Shown here piece by piece: positions 24,684 through 37,400 of a stretch of DNA of 64,000 nt. The notes beneath the pieces were generated by a model that was not told where the DNA came from, made no database searches, and saw only the letters and a list, made by a program, of their open reading frames with translations. Location: the NCBI GenBank assembly GCA_001179505.1, contig CDMY01000510.1, forward strand, positions 124,001 to 188,000. Direction: 5' to 3'. The stretch comes from Vitrella brassicaformis CCMP3155 (lineage: Eukaryota; Protista; Chromerida). The position numbers and the translations under genes were made by a program. Position 1 is the first letter of the stretch. Each line of letters opens with the position of its first letter.

Positions 24684-25304
24684 TGTCACTGCAGAGACAC
24701 GGGACGGCCGAGACGCGGCCCCCACCCCCACCCCCAGCATGCATGCGCAAACAGCCATCTAGGGCCAGCCGCACATGCGGACTGGCGCTTTCATGCTGCT
24801 GGCAGTGCTGAGCATTCATCCAAAGCGGGTGGAGGAGACAAGCTTGCTGGCCCGAACAGGCCGGAGAGGCGAATTTATCGGAGGACGGGACGCGTGGCAC
24901 TCGGTTGACCCAATGTGTGTCGTGTTTTTTCATCGACGAGTGAGTCAATTAATCGGTCTGATCTCGATGGGGTTCATTACATATATATTCATACGGATAC
25001 CAGGCTGTCCCACGGGCATCTCAGTCGCCCATGTGGATGCGTGAATGTATGCACAAACGAACCCATCCCATCGATGGTCAGCTGCTAATTGACTGATTGA
25101 CCCTTCAAAGCGAGGGTCCCTTGCCCGACCTGCCCTCATCCCCTGCTCCTTCCCCTGTCCACCCGCCCCTCCTCCCCTTACCCATTTCCGAGCCGTGCAT
25201 AACATGACACCCAAAAAATAGCCACACACGTGCCGCCAACCATCAATATCACCCCTCAGGCCACCACACCCGTGGCCCCGCCCATGTGTGTGTGTGTGTG
25301 TGTG

Positions 25305-26888
25305 TCAATCTGGCCCCCCTGCAGAGTCGGCGCCCGAGTCCTCCTCTGACGCACGGCGGATGGTGCGATCGTCTTGCAGCGACAGATGGTACCTCTCCTT
25401 GAGCTTGGACCGATGCGGCTGCCGAGCTGTCGCTACTGGTGACGTCTGTAGATTCCTCAGACGCTCTCGATCTGACACACAACACAGGGGGGTGGGTAAG
25501 TGTATCGGCGCAGACACATATTCCCGCCAATCCTTCCTTACTTGCAGTAGTGACACTGTAGAAGGGCTGCACCTGTTCTGGTGGAAAGGTCTGCTGCCGA
25601 CGCTGAAGGGACGTCAGCACCATGCCGCTGTCGCTGTTGAACCGCTGGCTCCTGGACGGCAAATGCACCACCGACGGAAACGCCGCCTTGTTCCCGCTGC
25701 CCTGCCCCTGCCCCTGCTGTTGCCGCACCCGCAGTCCCGCGCTGCTGTCACCCTGATTCGCCGTCCGCCGAACCGTTGACATCTTTGGTGTGAGGCTGGC
25801 GGTCCTCTGATGGCCCGGGCCCCCCGCGGTCTCCCCCCTCTTGACTGGCCGGCCGTCGCTGGCGATCGGCTCGCCCTCGTCGCCAGCGGCACCAGCACCG
25901 GCGCTGCGCTGCACCGGTGACTGATGCTGCCCTGGCCGTCTGCACTTCTGCAGCACGTGCCAGGCTGATGCGCCCGCCGACGAGACGAGAGCAAAGAAGC
26001 TCGAGGGGCTCTCTGATGAAGGGTCATGTTTCTTGCCCCGGGGGGCGAGTAGGGGGGAGAGGGCGGCAGCGATGTGCCTGACGACAGCCTTGCGCACGGT
26101 GGTGAAGGCTCGGCCAATTCGGATGTGGAGGAACAGGTAGGCCTCGTAGATGCCCCAGACGCAGAGAGGCACCGTCACCAGATAGAAGCCTGCATCCAAA
26201 GACGGAGAACCAACATTCACACGCGCGTCAAAGAATGCCAGGCAGCTGTCTGTGTCAGAACTCTCACGCCTGCCTTTACTGACTGACCAGGCAGCAGCGG
26301 GTTGAGTAGCACCACGACTGAGATGAGTCCCCCGCCCCCGAGCAGTAGCAGCGAGTAGATGAGCGGGTTCAAGAACAGCAGCACCAGCACCACCAGGAAC
26401 ACGCAAAACACCACGCCCACCAGCAGCAGGTAGAACAGGGGGGAGCACGGGTTGAGGAACAGCGCCGCAAAGGCCAGCAGCTTCAAGACGCGCTGCCACC
26501 GGGGCCCTCGCGACATCTGCTCCCGCACCCTGGCCATCAGGTGCGATGACGAGCTGGGTATCTCGTCCTCCTCCTCCTCCCCGTCTAAGAAGTCCCGGCT
26601 GGCCGCCCTCACGTGGTCGCAGCCCACGGCTGAGCGCCGCGTTGGGCACTGGATGGGCGAGACTGCCGGGAGGTAGGACCTGAACGAGCTGTACGCTGGC
26701 ACGGAAGACGGGTGCACGCTGGCTGGCGAAGAATCTGCTGTCGCTGGCGTGACGGGAGGTGGAGAGAAGACGGGAGCGGCGCCGTGTGTGTGGGAGGGGT
26801 GTCGGAGCTGTTCGTAGGCCGCCCAGACGTCTCCGTACATGCGGCTGGGGCAGCTCCTGCCGAGAAGGTCATTGCGACGCTGCCACAT
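25305..26888 (-). CDS. Hypothetical membrane protein (hydrophobic hairpins flanked by disordered tails), about 3 exons
   Basis: MWQRR start. Hydrophobic block LLAFAALFLNPCSPLFYLLLVGVVFCVFLVVLVLLFLNPLIYSLLLL..LISVVVLLNPLLP|GFYLVTVPLCVWGIYEAYLFL. Phase-compatible last exon ends at 25305. Confidence 0.55.
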
Positions 26889-28340
26889 GATGCACGGTGA
26901 GCGAAACGGCGGTACGACGCGAGGACCTTTGTCCAATCAAGCAACAGATGAATGTCGAGCCCTCCACGACACTCCGCTCTTCGTTCACTCTTCGTTAGCG
27001 TTGTGCGAGCCTTTTTGAGTGGGCGCTCATTGGCCACTGGCTAAGAGGTCTGTCATTTTTTGGGCCTGAACGATGTGAATCATAGTACATTCATTACAAC
27101 AGACAGACAATCAGACAATCAATCAATCAGAGGAAGCGTGTCTGCCATGCCGCACATATGTACACGGTACCGTTCGTACACTCATCACCACCTCACCGGT
27201 TGCGTTGCGTTGCATGCACACTCACACTCACACACATCATATCATATATGGCCCGCCTCTTTGTATTGTATCTACACAAACACACAACGAAGGACCAATC
27301 TGCCTGCCTGCCTGGGTCAAAAACAGACAAACGCAGCGAGAGACGAGAGTAGAAGGCAGGCCAAAAACCAGATGGGCAGGCAGGAAGGGAGCAGGCAGAC
27401 ACGCAGGCAGACAGCAATAAAAGTACCATGTGCACGCATGCCATAAGTCCCGGCAGGCAGCACCCGAAAAAGAGAGTGCCGTACAGACCCGCCCGTTCCC
27501 TTTGTCATTGTCATTGTAATTGTATCATCACCAGCAAAGCAGACAGATGGCCGCTTGGGCTTGAAAAAGATACAGCACCACGCACACACACGCACACAAG
27601 GATGATGCACACCACCCACACCTACACCCGATACACACGCCCTCCTCTGTCTGTTGTTTCCCTGCCGTCCTCACGAGCCCTCCCAACACCATGATGGTAC
27701 GGTGAGGGTTGTGTGGCCGACCGCACTCCACTAGGTCAGTAGCAGTCGGCCACCTTGCGGTCGATCTCGACGGTGTCCTTACATGACGGTGACGGCTCAT
27801 TCACAAACGAAATGAGCCTTCCGATACGGTCAACAGCCATAGGAAACACACCTACACCACAGACACCACACAAACAGCCACACCTCAAGCGGATCAGTCT
27901 AGCCTGCAGCTCGTGCACCGTATTTCCTCACCTCTGGGGCCGACGAGCGCTTCCTTCAGCCCGTCGACTTTGCGCTGCACAAACGACAGCAGAGAGGGCA
28001 GCAGCCTGAAGGGAACAATGACAAGAGATGAAAGGAGGGCATGCATAACTGACGTGATTCCTCCTCATCCTTCCCCACCTGCGCTGCTCTGGGTTGCGGG
28101 GCATCATGCTCGAGCTCATCCCTGGCTCGATGATGATGGCGCCTCCGGCCCACGCTCTTCACACACACAGCTTGCGGTCGTTAAAGGTGTGAAGGGTGTG
28201 TTGAAATCGTTTCTCTCTCCCTTTCTCCAGGTCGCCAAGCTCGCATACGTTCCGTGAAACTGCTCGCACCAGAGGGAAGGAAATCAGCAAGAAGCATACA
28301 TTCATTCATCCTTCAAAGGAAGAAGCGTCATCTGCGTGTT

Positions 28341-31010
28341 ATGGCGTCGCCAACTCGCGGCATGCACGGGCTGGCCCGCCTTCCGTCAGATCTCTGGTTG
28401 CTCAACCTCTCCGGCGCTCTCACCGACGAGGAGACCATGCGACTGTCTGTCCTGGACGAGAACTGCTTCCAGACCATCTGCCTGTCCACCCTCGTCATCG
28501 GCCCGGCCGTCCCTCGGCTTCGTCGCGTCCTTCTGTGCTCCCGTGGCCCGCAGAAGATCATTCTCGTGGTCGCCAAGGGCGAGAACAGCCTTGCGACGGA
28601 TGTGCTGCAGTTCTTCGTCGACGCAATGATGCAGCACAGTGACAAGATCAAGACCATCAAGTCGGTCCGGTCATTCGACAAGGGTGGGGAGTACTGGGAC
28701 GCTGGGAGGACGGGCCTGCGGGGCGCGCCGCGGACGTTTCCGGCACTCACCGACACCGAGGTGGGGTTCGTGCCTGTTGTCAAGGCATTCCGCCAATTCG
28801 ACTGGAAGACACCCAGCCTTACGACACTCAAGGCCAGGGCGCGCAGTGAGTGTCAGCCACTGCTGGATCTGACGGATTTTCACCGGCTTGGCGGCTTCCA
28901 ACAGTCGCTGAGCCACCTGCTGGCCCACTCGCCCCTCATCCGCCACGTTGACGTATTCCCTCTGTCCACACTCGTCTGCGGCACGGCACTCGACACACAC
29001 GCAGCCAGTCTGGAGGCGGTGGGCGACATGGTCTTCATCACACACGATCAGGAGATGGAGGGGCTCGTGACAGACCTGCCGCGCGTCCAGCCGCTGGCCA
29101 CAAGGAAGCGCATCGGCATCTTCGACCGGAACCTGGCCTTCGACTCGACCCTGCCGGCCTCGTTCGATTCATCCGGACGGACATCCCTGCGCCTACTGGT
29201 CGAACTGGGAAAGCGCGGTACGCACAGACATATCGTCGTACAAAAGAGAGAGGGGTGGACCATGATATGGCTGTGTTTTGTTGCTGCCTTGATGTCAGGT
29301 TACTGCGCGCTGCTGAAGCGGCGGGATGTCCAGCTCAAGGGAGCTCCTGAGCGTGCTGACAAGTGCCCCCCAGAGGTGGAGGGCTCCATCCGCGACATCG
29401 TCAAGCGAGGCATCTGCCAGGCCGATACCGTCGTGATGAGCTATGATGAACGGTCGCAGCCCTGGGATAATTCCTGGGACCTCACTGATTCGAGTGGCCG
29501 ACCGGTGGTGTTCGACAAGACCAAGTTCCTCATCATCAAGTGTGTCGACTCCAATCGCGGCTATGTCGGCCATGATGCGGTGAGTGAGGAACGAACATGG
29601 AACATCCATGTAAATCCCTCTCTCTCCCTCTCAACCCATGGATGTATCATGCATCTCTTTCTCTTCCTTGCTGTTCGATCTGTCTTGCAGATTGCGGGCT
29701 GGACGGCGGGCGGCTGGACGAGTGTCCAAGTGCTGACGCTGGACAGGGTCGAGTACATGAGCGTCAAAGACCATGTCTGCTGGCACAGGCATCGATTCAC
29801 AGAGGAGGGCATCTACGACAAAGATCCACCAGAGGACGGTCCTGCTGCTGCCGCTGCTGGTCAGGAGGAGGAGTTTCTTAATTCGGATGATGCGGATGAG
29901 TGGGATGAAACGGACGAGGTGGATGATGAGGATGATGAGGATGAGGATAAGGATGAAGATGACCCGCCCCACAACGGCGCTGACACCCACGAGGACGAGG
30001 AGGAGGACGAGGACGAGGTGGGCGAGCAGAGGAGCGACGAGAGCGGCGAGGGAGAGGACGAAGACATGGATGGCGACGAGATGGATGGTGAAGATGGGGG
30101 CGAGGGGGAGGGGAGTGAGGATCAAGGTGAGGAGCATGGCGTGCTGTCGGCTCCCCTGCAGCTGCTGCTCAGGACCATGCCGCCCACACTACACGCCGTC
30201 CGACTCATCAATGTCCCGTGGTAGGCGGCTGTGGTGGGCGCGTCGAGACACCTTGACACCTACGGGTACGTGTGTGTGTGTGTGTGTGTGTGATGCAGGT
30301 GGGCTGTATTCGATGCATTGGTATGTTTGTCTGAGGGCACTGCGGCTCAGCCAGGGGAGGGAGGCAACAAGCTTGTGTGTCTGGAGAAGTTAGAGATCGA
30401 GACAGAGGTGCAGGAGAGCCCCCTGGTGGTGCCTGAGAAGGGTGGCGCCTTGTGGAGTACCATGCAGGAGCGCCTCTCGGTCGGCCAGCTCACCATGCAC
30501 GTCAAGACAGAGGTGCGCTGCACTGCATCAGTCAATGCCACTTTCCTCTGCCATTCTTCTGTCTGTCCGCGACTTCAGTTCGACTATCCTTTGAACGAAG
30601 AAGTGCCTCCCTACTCGGCTGACCTCTTTTCTGTGTACTACGAGCTGATCCTTCTCCTGCAGCCCGACACTGTGGTACTCACCGTCAACACGTCGCGACG
30701 TGAGCAACGACCGAATAATGCACCCATGTATTCGCACACGGCCCCTGTGCTGCTGACTTCCGCAGATGCCAAGCAGGTGGTCTTCTGGAGCGATGACGGA
30801 GACGACATGAAGCCCGACGAGGCCAAGTATCCCTTCCTCAAGGGGCTCACCGGCGATATCCGCGCAAGGTACCGCATGTGCCACTGCGGTGCAAGGGGAG
30901 ACCACCCAGGCCACATGAACTGGACGGACAATCGGATGGATGTGGTGCTCAAGAGGCGCAGGCTGGGTGACCTCAGTGGCCTGGCGGCCGACAAGTGTGC
31001 CATGCAGTAG
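28341..31010 (+). CDS. F-box-like / lineage-expanded hypothetical protein with acidic D/E tract, multi-exon
   Basis: N-terminal LARLPSDLWLLNLSGALTDEETMRLSVL (F-box-like). A long GC3-rich frame with in-frame introns, a D/E-rich stretch at ~29870-30120, and downstream exons to 31010. Exon joins around 30224-30350 are uncertain. Confidence 0.6.
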
Positions 31011-31489
31011 CTCAAGTACATCGGCCGGCCACATTTAGATCGCTGCATTTACTGTAATCCGTATGTGTGTAGATTGGATGGCTTCATCTGTCGTGTGCAT
31101 AGACCCATATCCGTGACGGTGACACTCGTCATGCATATCTATCCATTTGAGCGTTTCTGCTGTGTCGCGCCATCGGTTGGAGGGATCTCTTGGTGTCTCA
31201 ATTTGCATTGACGACCACCGGTCCACACAACACGCACCAATGGATGGATCGTTGGGTCCCATGGTATCTATGGTCACCTCACAAAGACTGACTGCGTCCA
31301 GCGAGCGAGAAAATCACGCAAGAGAAAACCGTCTGTCTGCATACCCTGTCCTGTATGTGTACCGTCATCACCCGACGATCCCCCTAGGCACACGACAATG
31401 TGTAGCTAGCTGACATGAGCCGCCTCCCACATGTCATAGCAATCCCCCCTGCCTGATGCATGCCATGGCTCACACGAACTGTCAGTCAG

Positions 31490-34400
31490 TCAGTCGAGCA
31501 GCTTGTCACGCCACTCCATGACCTCATCAGAGTCGTCCCCGGCCCACGTGGGGTGCAGGTGCGTCATGTTGAACACCGACGCAACCACCTCTGACGCAGC
31601 GCGCACACCGCTGTGGGCCGCACCATGCACACACTGCGCGCCGAATGCGCTGGTCGCCTCGCCCGCAAAGAACACCTTGGACCGTTGTGAGTTGTCGTGG
31701 CTGAAGGGCTCTGGGCTGGAGAGGGCGACGTTGTCCTCGAGGGCGCGGCCGCCCTTCTTCCAGAAGGCATACGAGCCCAGGGAGAAGGGATCTGTGTCCC
31801 AGCGAGTCACCACCTGACACATGCACACACCCCGACAGACAGACAGACAGACAGACATGCATTAGGTCGGTTGAACCCACGGGGGGAGCGTGTGTGGTGT
31901 GGTGTGGTGTGGTGTGGTGGGATGGGTACCCATTGGATGGGCGGCTCGATGGTCTTGGCGATCCGCTCGCCGGCCGTCTCGCCGGCCTCGCCACACCGCG
32001 ACCGGGTAAACATGGCCCGCAGCACTCCCATGACCTCATCTAACACCTGTGCACAGACAGACAACCAAACCCCCACCCCACAGGGATGCATACCACACCA
32101 AACCACCACGACCCCACCCACGTGCGTGCGTGTGTGTGTGTGTGTGTCTGAAGTAAGTGCTGAGTGAGCTACCTGTTGGTCCGATTTGCCGTCCCATTTG
32201 TATGCGCCGAATGAGTGGGCCACGAGGATGTTTCTGCAATGGTCGGGGTCGAATGCGTGCAGATTCATGAACTGGAAAGCCTCCTGCGTCGTGTTGAAGA
32301 AACGAACGGTCGGCTGCCAAAAGCGACTGCATTCATTTCCACAGATATGATTGATGGACACACAACACAGAGTGGCTGGGATGGCTGATATGTGTGTGTT
32401 GCCTGCCTGCCTGTCTGTCTGTCTGTCTGCTGGGGTTGCGTACCGCTTGAACCTCATGCAGACTTTGTTGTGACAGCCTCCACCGAGAAACTGACGGACA
32501 GACAGGCCAACAGACACGAGAAGACAGGAGAGGGTCTCATGGTGTACTGTACTGAGTGCGGTGCGGCAGTGTGTGCGCGTACGTACCTTTATGGCGTCTC
32601 GCTTCTCCTGACTCAGCGGGGGGTCGAACTCGATACGGCTCTCGGTCGTGTTGTCCTCACGCAACACACCTGCACCACACACACACACACACACAACAAC
32701 AACAACCAGATCTGATCTTCTGTATGAGTCTTTCCTTCCTGTCTCGCTAACCGATGGGCACAGTGACGATGACCCCTAGCGCCCGGAGCGTGTGGCCGTC
32801 GGCCGTCTTGACCTCACACACATCAGCAACGTCCCCAGCTACATACCCATGACCAGACCCGCCCCACCCCNNNNNNNNNNNNNNNNNNNNNNNNNNNNNN
32901 NNNNNNNNNNNNNNNNNNNNNNNNNNNNNNNNNNNNNNNNNNNNNNNNNNNNNNNNNNNNNNNNNNNNNNNNNNNNNNNNNNNNNNNNNNNNNNNNNNNN
33001 NNNNNNNNNNNNNNNNNNNNNNNNNNNNNNNNNNNNNNNNNNNNNNNNNNNNNNNNNNNNNNNNNNNNNNNNNNNNNNNNNNNNNNNNNNNNNNNNNNNN
33101 NNNNNNNNNNNNNNNNNNNNNNNNNNNNNNNNNNNNNNNNNNNNNNNNNNNNNNNNNNNNNNNNNNNNNNACCCCTCCCTCGGCCCGCCACTGGCAGCCA
33201 CCACCATCTCTCCCTCTCCCTCTCCCCCCTCCCCCTCCTCCATCTTGACCTCTTGCAACGGCCCCTCCTCCGCTGCTGCTGCTGCCGCTGCTGCCGATGC
33301 CGCCGGTGTCTTCCTTCGTTTGGCCTTGCCGGACTCTGCAGCGGCCTCAAGAGACCGCTTCGTCGCCCCAGACGGCTCCCCGTCCTCCGCCTTGACAGCT
33401 TGGTCGGCCTCGCCACTGGCAGTGACCCTGCGCCTCCGGAGGAAGCGCCTGCCGCCGCGTGTGAAGACCTCCATGCGTTTCCTGTTCCAGTTCTCCGCCC
33501 CCTCAGTCCGGATGCGCTCCAGCTTCTTGGTGAGCAGCAGCATGCCCCACACACAGTTCTCGCCGGTGCGGCTCACATCGGCCTCCACGTAGTACTCGCC
33601 GCCATCTCCGTCAGGGAAGGGGCCAACCGTCACGGCCACCGTCTGCTTGCCGCGTAGAGCGGGGACGGCGAAGGACGCCTTCTCGCTGAGCCCGGCGTAG
33701 GCCTTCTTGTGCCGGTCTGACTGGGGGTTGCAGACGTCGCGGAAGGCCTGTCGGCAGCTGGCGAGGGCCGCGTCTGCCTCCTCCTGCGACACCAGCGGGG
33801 CTGAGGCGCTATCGTCATTATCCTCCTCTTCATCTTGGTCCTGCTGTCCTTCTGACGGCGATGCTTCTGGCTTGGCTGGTGAGGGATATCTGACCCTGGC
33901 CTCCGTGATGGCCGCGGTGAGAGCGTTGAAGTCCCAAGCGCGGCCGTCGGCGGCCTTCCGGTGCACAGTGGCCTCGACGAACCGGTCTTTCTCCTCCTCC
34001 CCCTCCCCCTGTCCCTCCTCACCGAAGGGCCCCACCCTGACGACCACGGCGTCCTTCTCCTTGGCGTGAGGGTCGTATGTGAAGGTGGCCTTCTTCATGA
34101 GGCCCTCATACACAGAATTGTAGAGGGGCTCCGACGGCCGGCAGCGGACGTTGTAGGCCTTGCGGCACGACTTGATGGCGAAGGAGGGAGAGTGCTCGAT
34201 GCTGGCCCGTTTCTTCTTGTTCTTGCTCTTTGGCTGTGGCGACCATGTGCTGTCGGTGGGCCGCTTCTCGCTGCTGCCGCTAGTGGCCATTTTCTTCTGC
34301 TTGTTGGTCTTGGAGGATGGCGACGGCTCGCGCCTCTCGACGAGAATGCGCTTGCCGTCTTCGTCCACGATGGCCACCGACGGCAAGTCCAGCAGCTTGG

Positions 34401-37400
34401 CCCCAAGCTTCCGCACGCGCCGCAGCTTGCCGATCAGGGTGCCCATCTGCCATGCCGTGGGGCCACTGGTGGCGCGATGGAAGGTCTCGCGGATGTAGAC
34501 CTGCCCGTCGCGGCCGTCAGGGAGGGGCCCGAGGGTGACAGTGATGGTCTCCTCGTGCTTGCTGTCGGTGCTGTGGACGAGGATTGCACCGTCCTTGAAC
34601 TCGGCGAGCAGGGGGCTCCTCTTGCAGGACTGGTCGAATGCCGCCCGGAACTCATTGATTACCTCGTCAATGGCCCGTCTGCGCGTCATCATGGGCGACC
34701 CAGTCGCTGCAGGGGGAGGGGTGGGTGGTGGGCGCTTGGCACGACCTTCGGCGCTCTTCTCGGCATCAGCAGACCTCAGTGACTCGCCCGACGCCGAGCA
34801 GTCTCTCGGAGCATCCCTGGCCACGTCGTGTGCACTGCCCCCGCGAGCCAATGCGCGTGCGCCGACGAGCGTGCGGCGGCCCTTCCTGTTGACGAACCGC
34901 CAGGTCCAGCCCTCCTCGGGCGCCACGCCGTTGAAGCCCACTGCACGCGAGACCTTCTTGGCCAGCGGCATCCACACCCACCGTCGCTGCACCTCATCCC
35001 CGAGAAACGGCACCCTCGCCCACACTTCGGCGTATACGTAGTACTCGCCGCCCCTGCCGTCGGGGAAGGGGCCCACCGTCACCTCCACGGCCTCGTGGTA
35101 GCCGCTCTCGGGGCTGTGGGCAAAGGCGGCCTTGTCCGCAAGGCCATGGAAGGGGCTGTCGCTTGAGGCTGCCTGGCACATCTCGCGGTAGGCCTCCTGG
35201 CACAGACGCTCCAGCACTGCGGAAGGGCTCTCGTGTGGCCCCTTCGCATCAGCTGCAGCTGCAACAGCGGCCGCGGCTGGTTTCTCCTCCTTATGATCTG
35301 CCATGCCGTCGTCACCAGCGTCGCCGCCAGGTGGGGCGTCGGGTACCTCCTCGGGTGCGTCGGGTGGGCCCATCAGCTCGGCCGTGGGGCCGATCTTGGC
35401 AGCCAGAACGGTCTGGAAGGGGGCTGGCGCAGCTGCCGCAGCTGGCTCCTCTCTCTTGTCATCCGACGCGGCAGCCAGTGGTGGCGATGGAGCAGCTCGG
35501 GCGGCGCCGATCTTGTCCCTCTCGGCCTCGCCGTCCTCCCTGCCACCGCCCACCAGCGGGCTAGTGGGTGCGTCGGGGTACACTGGGGTCCTGGGCTGCG
35601 ATTCTGGATGGCTGCCGCCGCTGCCCCTCTCGCTCGACTGGCCGCCATCCTGCCGCTTGTGCCTGCCGGCCCTCAGCGTGTTGACGAACTTAATGATCTG
35701 CCCGTTCTCGTGAGGTGGCGGCGCACGGGGCGGCGTGTTCGTCGACACGACGTAAGGGGGCCGCGGGGAAGGGCTAAATAAAACGCCAGCACCACCACTA
35801 CCACCACCACCACCACCACCAGCAGCAGCGGCCGGGGCAGCCTCCTGTCGGGTGCCTGGGTGGTCCTTGTCCTTGTCCTTGTCCTTGTCCTTGTCTGTCT
35901 GCCTGTCTTCGCGCGGTGTGCGGTCCTTCCTCTTGCCGTTCATCTTCTTGATCTGGGAGAGCTTGTCACTGTCACGGCCGAACAGGGGCGTCTTCTTCTT
36001 GGGAGTCTGGGGCCGAGACGCCTCCCCCTCCCTCCTCTCTCCCGCCTCGGCCCCCAACTGGCCGTTGCCACCACCACTGCCGTCGCCAGCGGTCTCTTTT
36101 GGGGGCTGCTGCTGCGGCTGCTGCTGTTGTTGTGGGACAAGCAGGGGCAGAGCAGATGGCATGGCGTCCAGTGATTGTGAGGGGCGCGGCGGCGGCGGTG
36201 GGCGGGACGGCGATAGCCGTGAGCTCTCTAGCACGCCCAGTGAGGCCGCGCGCTTCCGCCCCGGGTGGTCGCGGTCGACGGATTTGCCCGGGTCGTGGAT
36301 GGGTGGGCCGGGATCGGCAACACGCGCCAGGCCGGCAAAAGCCCGCAGAGGGGGCAGGGCTGCCTCGGGCGCCCCGTCTGACGTGCCGGCACGCCTCTCG
36401 TCGTCTGTCTTGTCACTGGGTGGCTTGACGTCGTCTGCTGGGTGCATGTGGGCGTCCTCGGTGGTGGGCGGACCAGGGGCCGCGGCAGCCATCGGCTCAT
36501 CGGCTGCTGGGGGCGGGTGTTGTGGTGGGGCCGGCATGATCTCGTCATCGCCGCCCGTCTGGCCGACGTCGCCTTCATCAGCAGGGGGCATGGGGGCATC
36601 TGGGGCTGCCAACGGCTCATCGACGGGAGACGCGATGGGCGCGTCATCCCTCTCCCTCGACACAGGGGCGTCGATTTCCATGTCTCCTGCAGCAGCGGCA
36701 GCAGCTGGCTCCGGTGCTGCTGGTGGCTCTTCGATCAGAGGAGGGATGACTGCAGGCTGAGCAGCAGCCGCAGCAGCTGCAGCTGCAGCTGCTGGTGGTG
36801 GTGCTGCAGTAATGGCTACTCGCTGGACCACCTGAGAAGACAGAGAATGGAGACGTCGGGTGCATGCCATGCAGCCCAACCCCCTCCAAAAGGCCTGCAC
36901 GCGTTACGACGTACCGATCTGAAGCGGATGCATGGCAGCAGATCAAACTTCTTGACCAGATGGTTCGGGAACCACTCGTAACCCTAAAAGATACACGCAA
37001 CACACATGTGTGACACACATAGGTCGAGGGATGAACGTAATGTCAAGACGTGTCCGTGTGTGGTCGATCGATCGCATACATATGCGTTGAGTCGGTCTCC
37101 GGGGTTGTACGGGAGCCACGCGGTGCCGTGTGTCCACAGGAGATGCTGCTGCGACGGCGTGGGCAGGGGCTGCGACCGCACGCTCTCCTCGAACGTCTTG
37201 ACCCGCGCGTCGTATGTCTGCCCGGCACTGAGGAGACACAAACCATACAATTAGACACAAATCATTAGAGCATGTGGCTTCGCTTACAGTCTGTAAGTCT
37301 TGGTGATGAGAGACTTTGATCGGTTATCCGCTCCCACCCTGCCGCCACTGGGGGCGCTGTCACTCTTCCCTTGATGAAGGGAGGCCACAGGTGGGCCAGC

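Noticed and set aside
26609-27037. ORF starting MANERPLKKAR
   Set aside because: It has a plausible NLS-like start but no splice-consistent continuation could be built, and it overlaps the membrane protein gene in another frame.
27794-27818. 8-bp hairpin GGCTCATT...AATGAGCC
   Set aside because: Too short to distinguish from chance in 64 kb.
29218-29690. Apparent very long single-exon ORF (28254-30224)
   Set aside because: It contains at least two stop-free in-frame GT-AG introns, which is expected by chance in GC-rich short introns.
35852-36760. 302-aa plus-strand ORF (and similar ORFs at 33961-34782 and 35233-35781)
   Set aside because: Antisense shadows of the GC-rich minus-strand coding exon.
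33171-36831. Intein or mobile-element explanation for the amine oxidase insertion
   Set aside because: No intein N-terminal Cys/Ser block, no LAGLIDADG or HNH motif, and no transposase or RT motif. The visible flanks are Ala/Pro/Glu low-complexity sequence. The segment inside the N-gap cannot be assessed.
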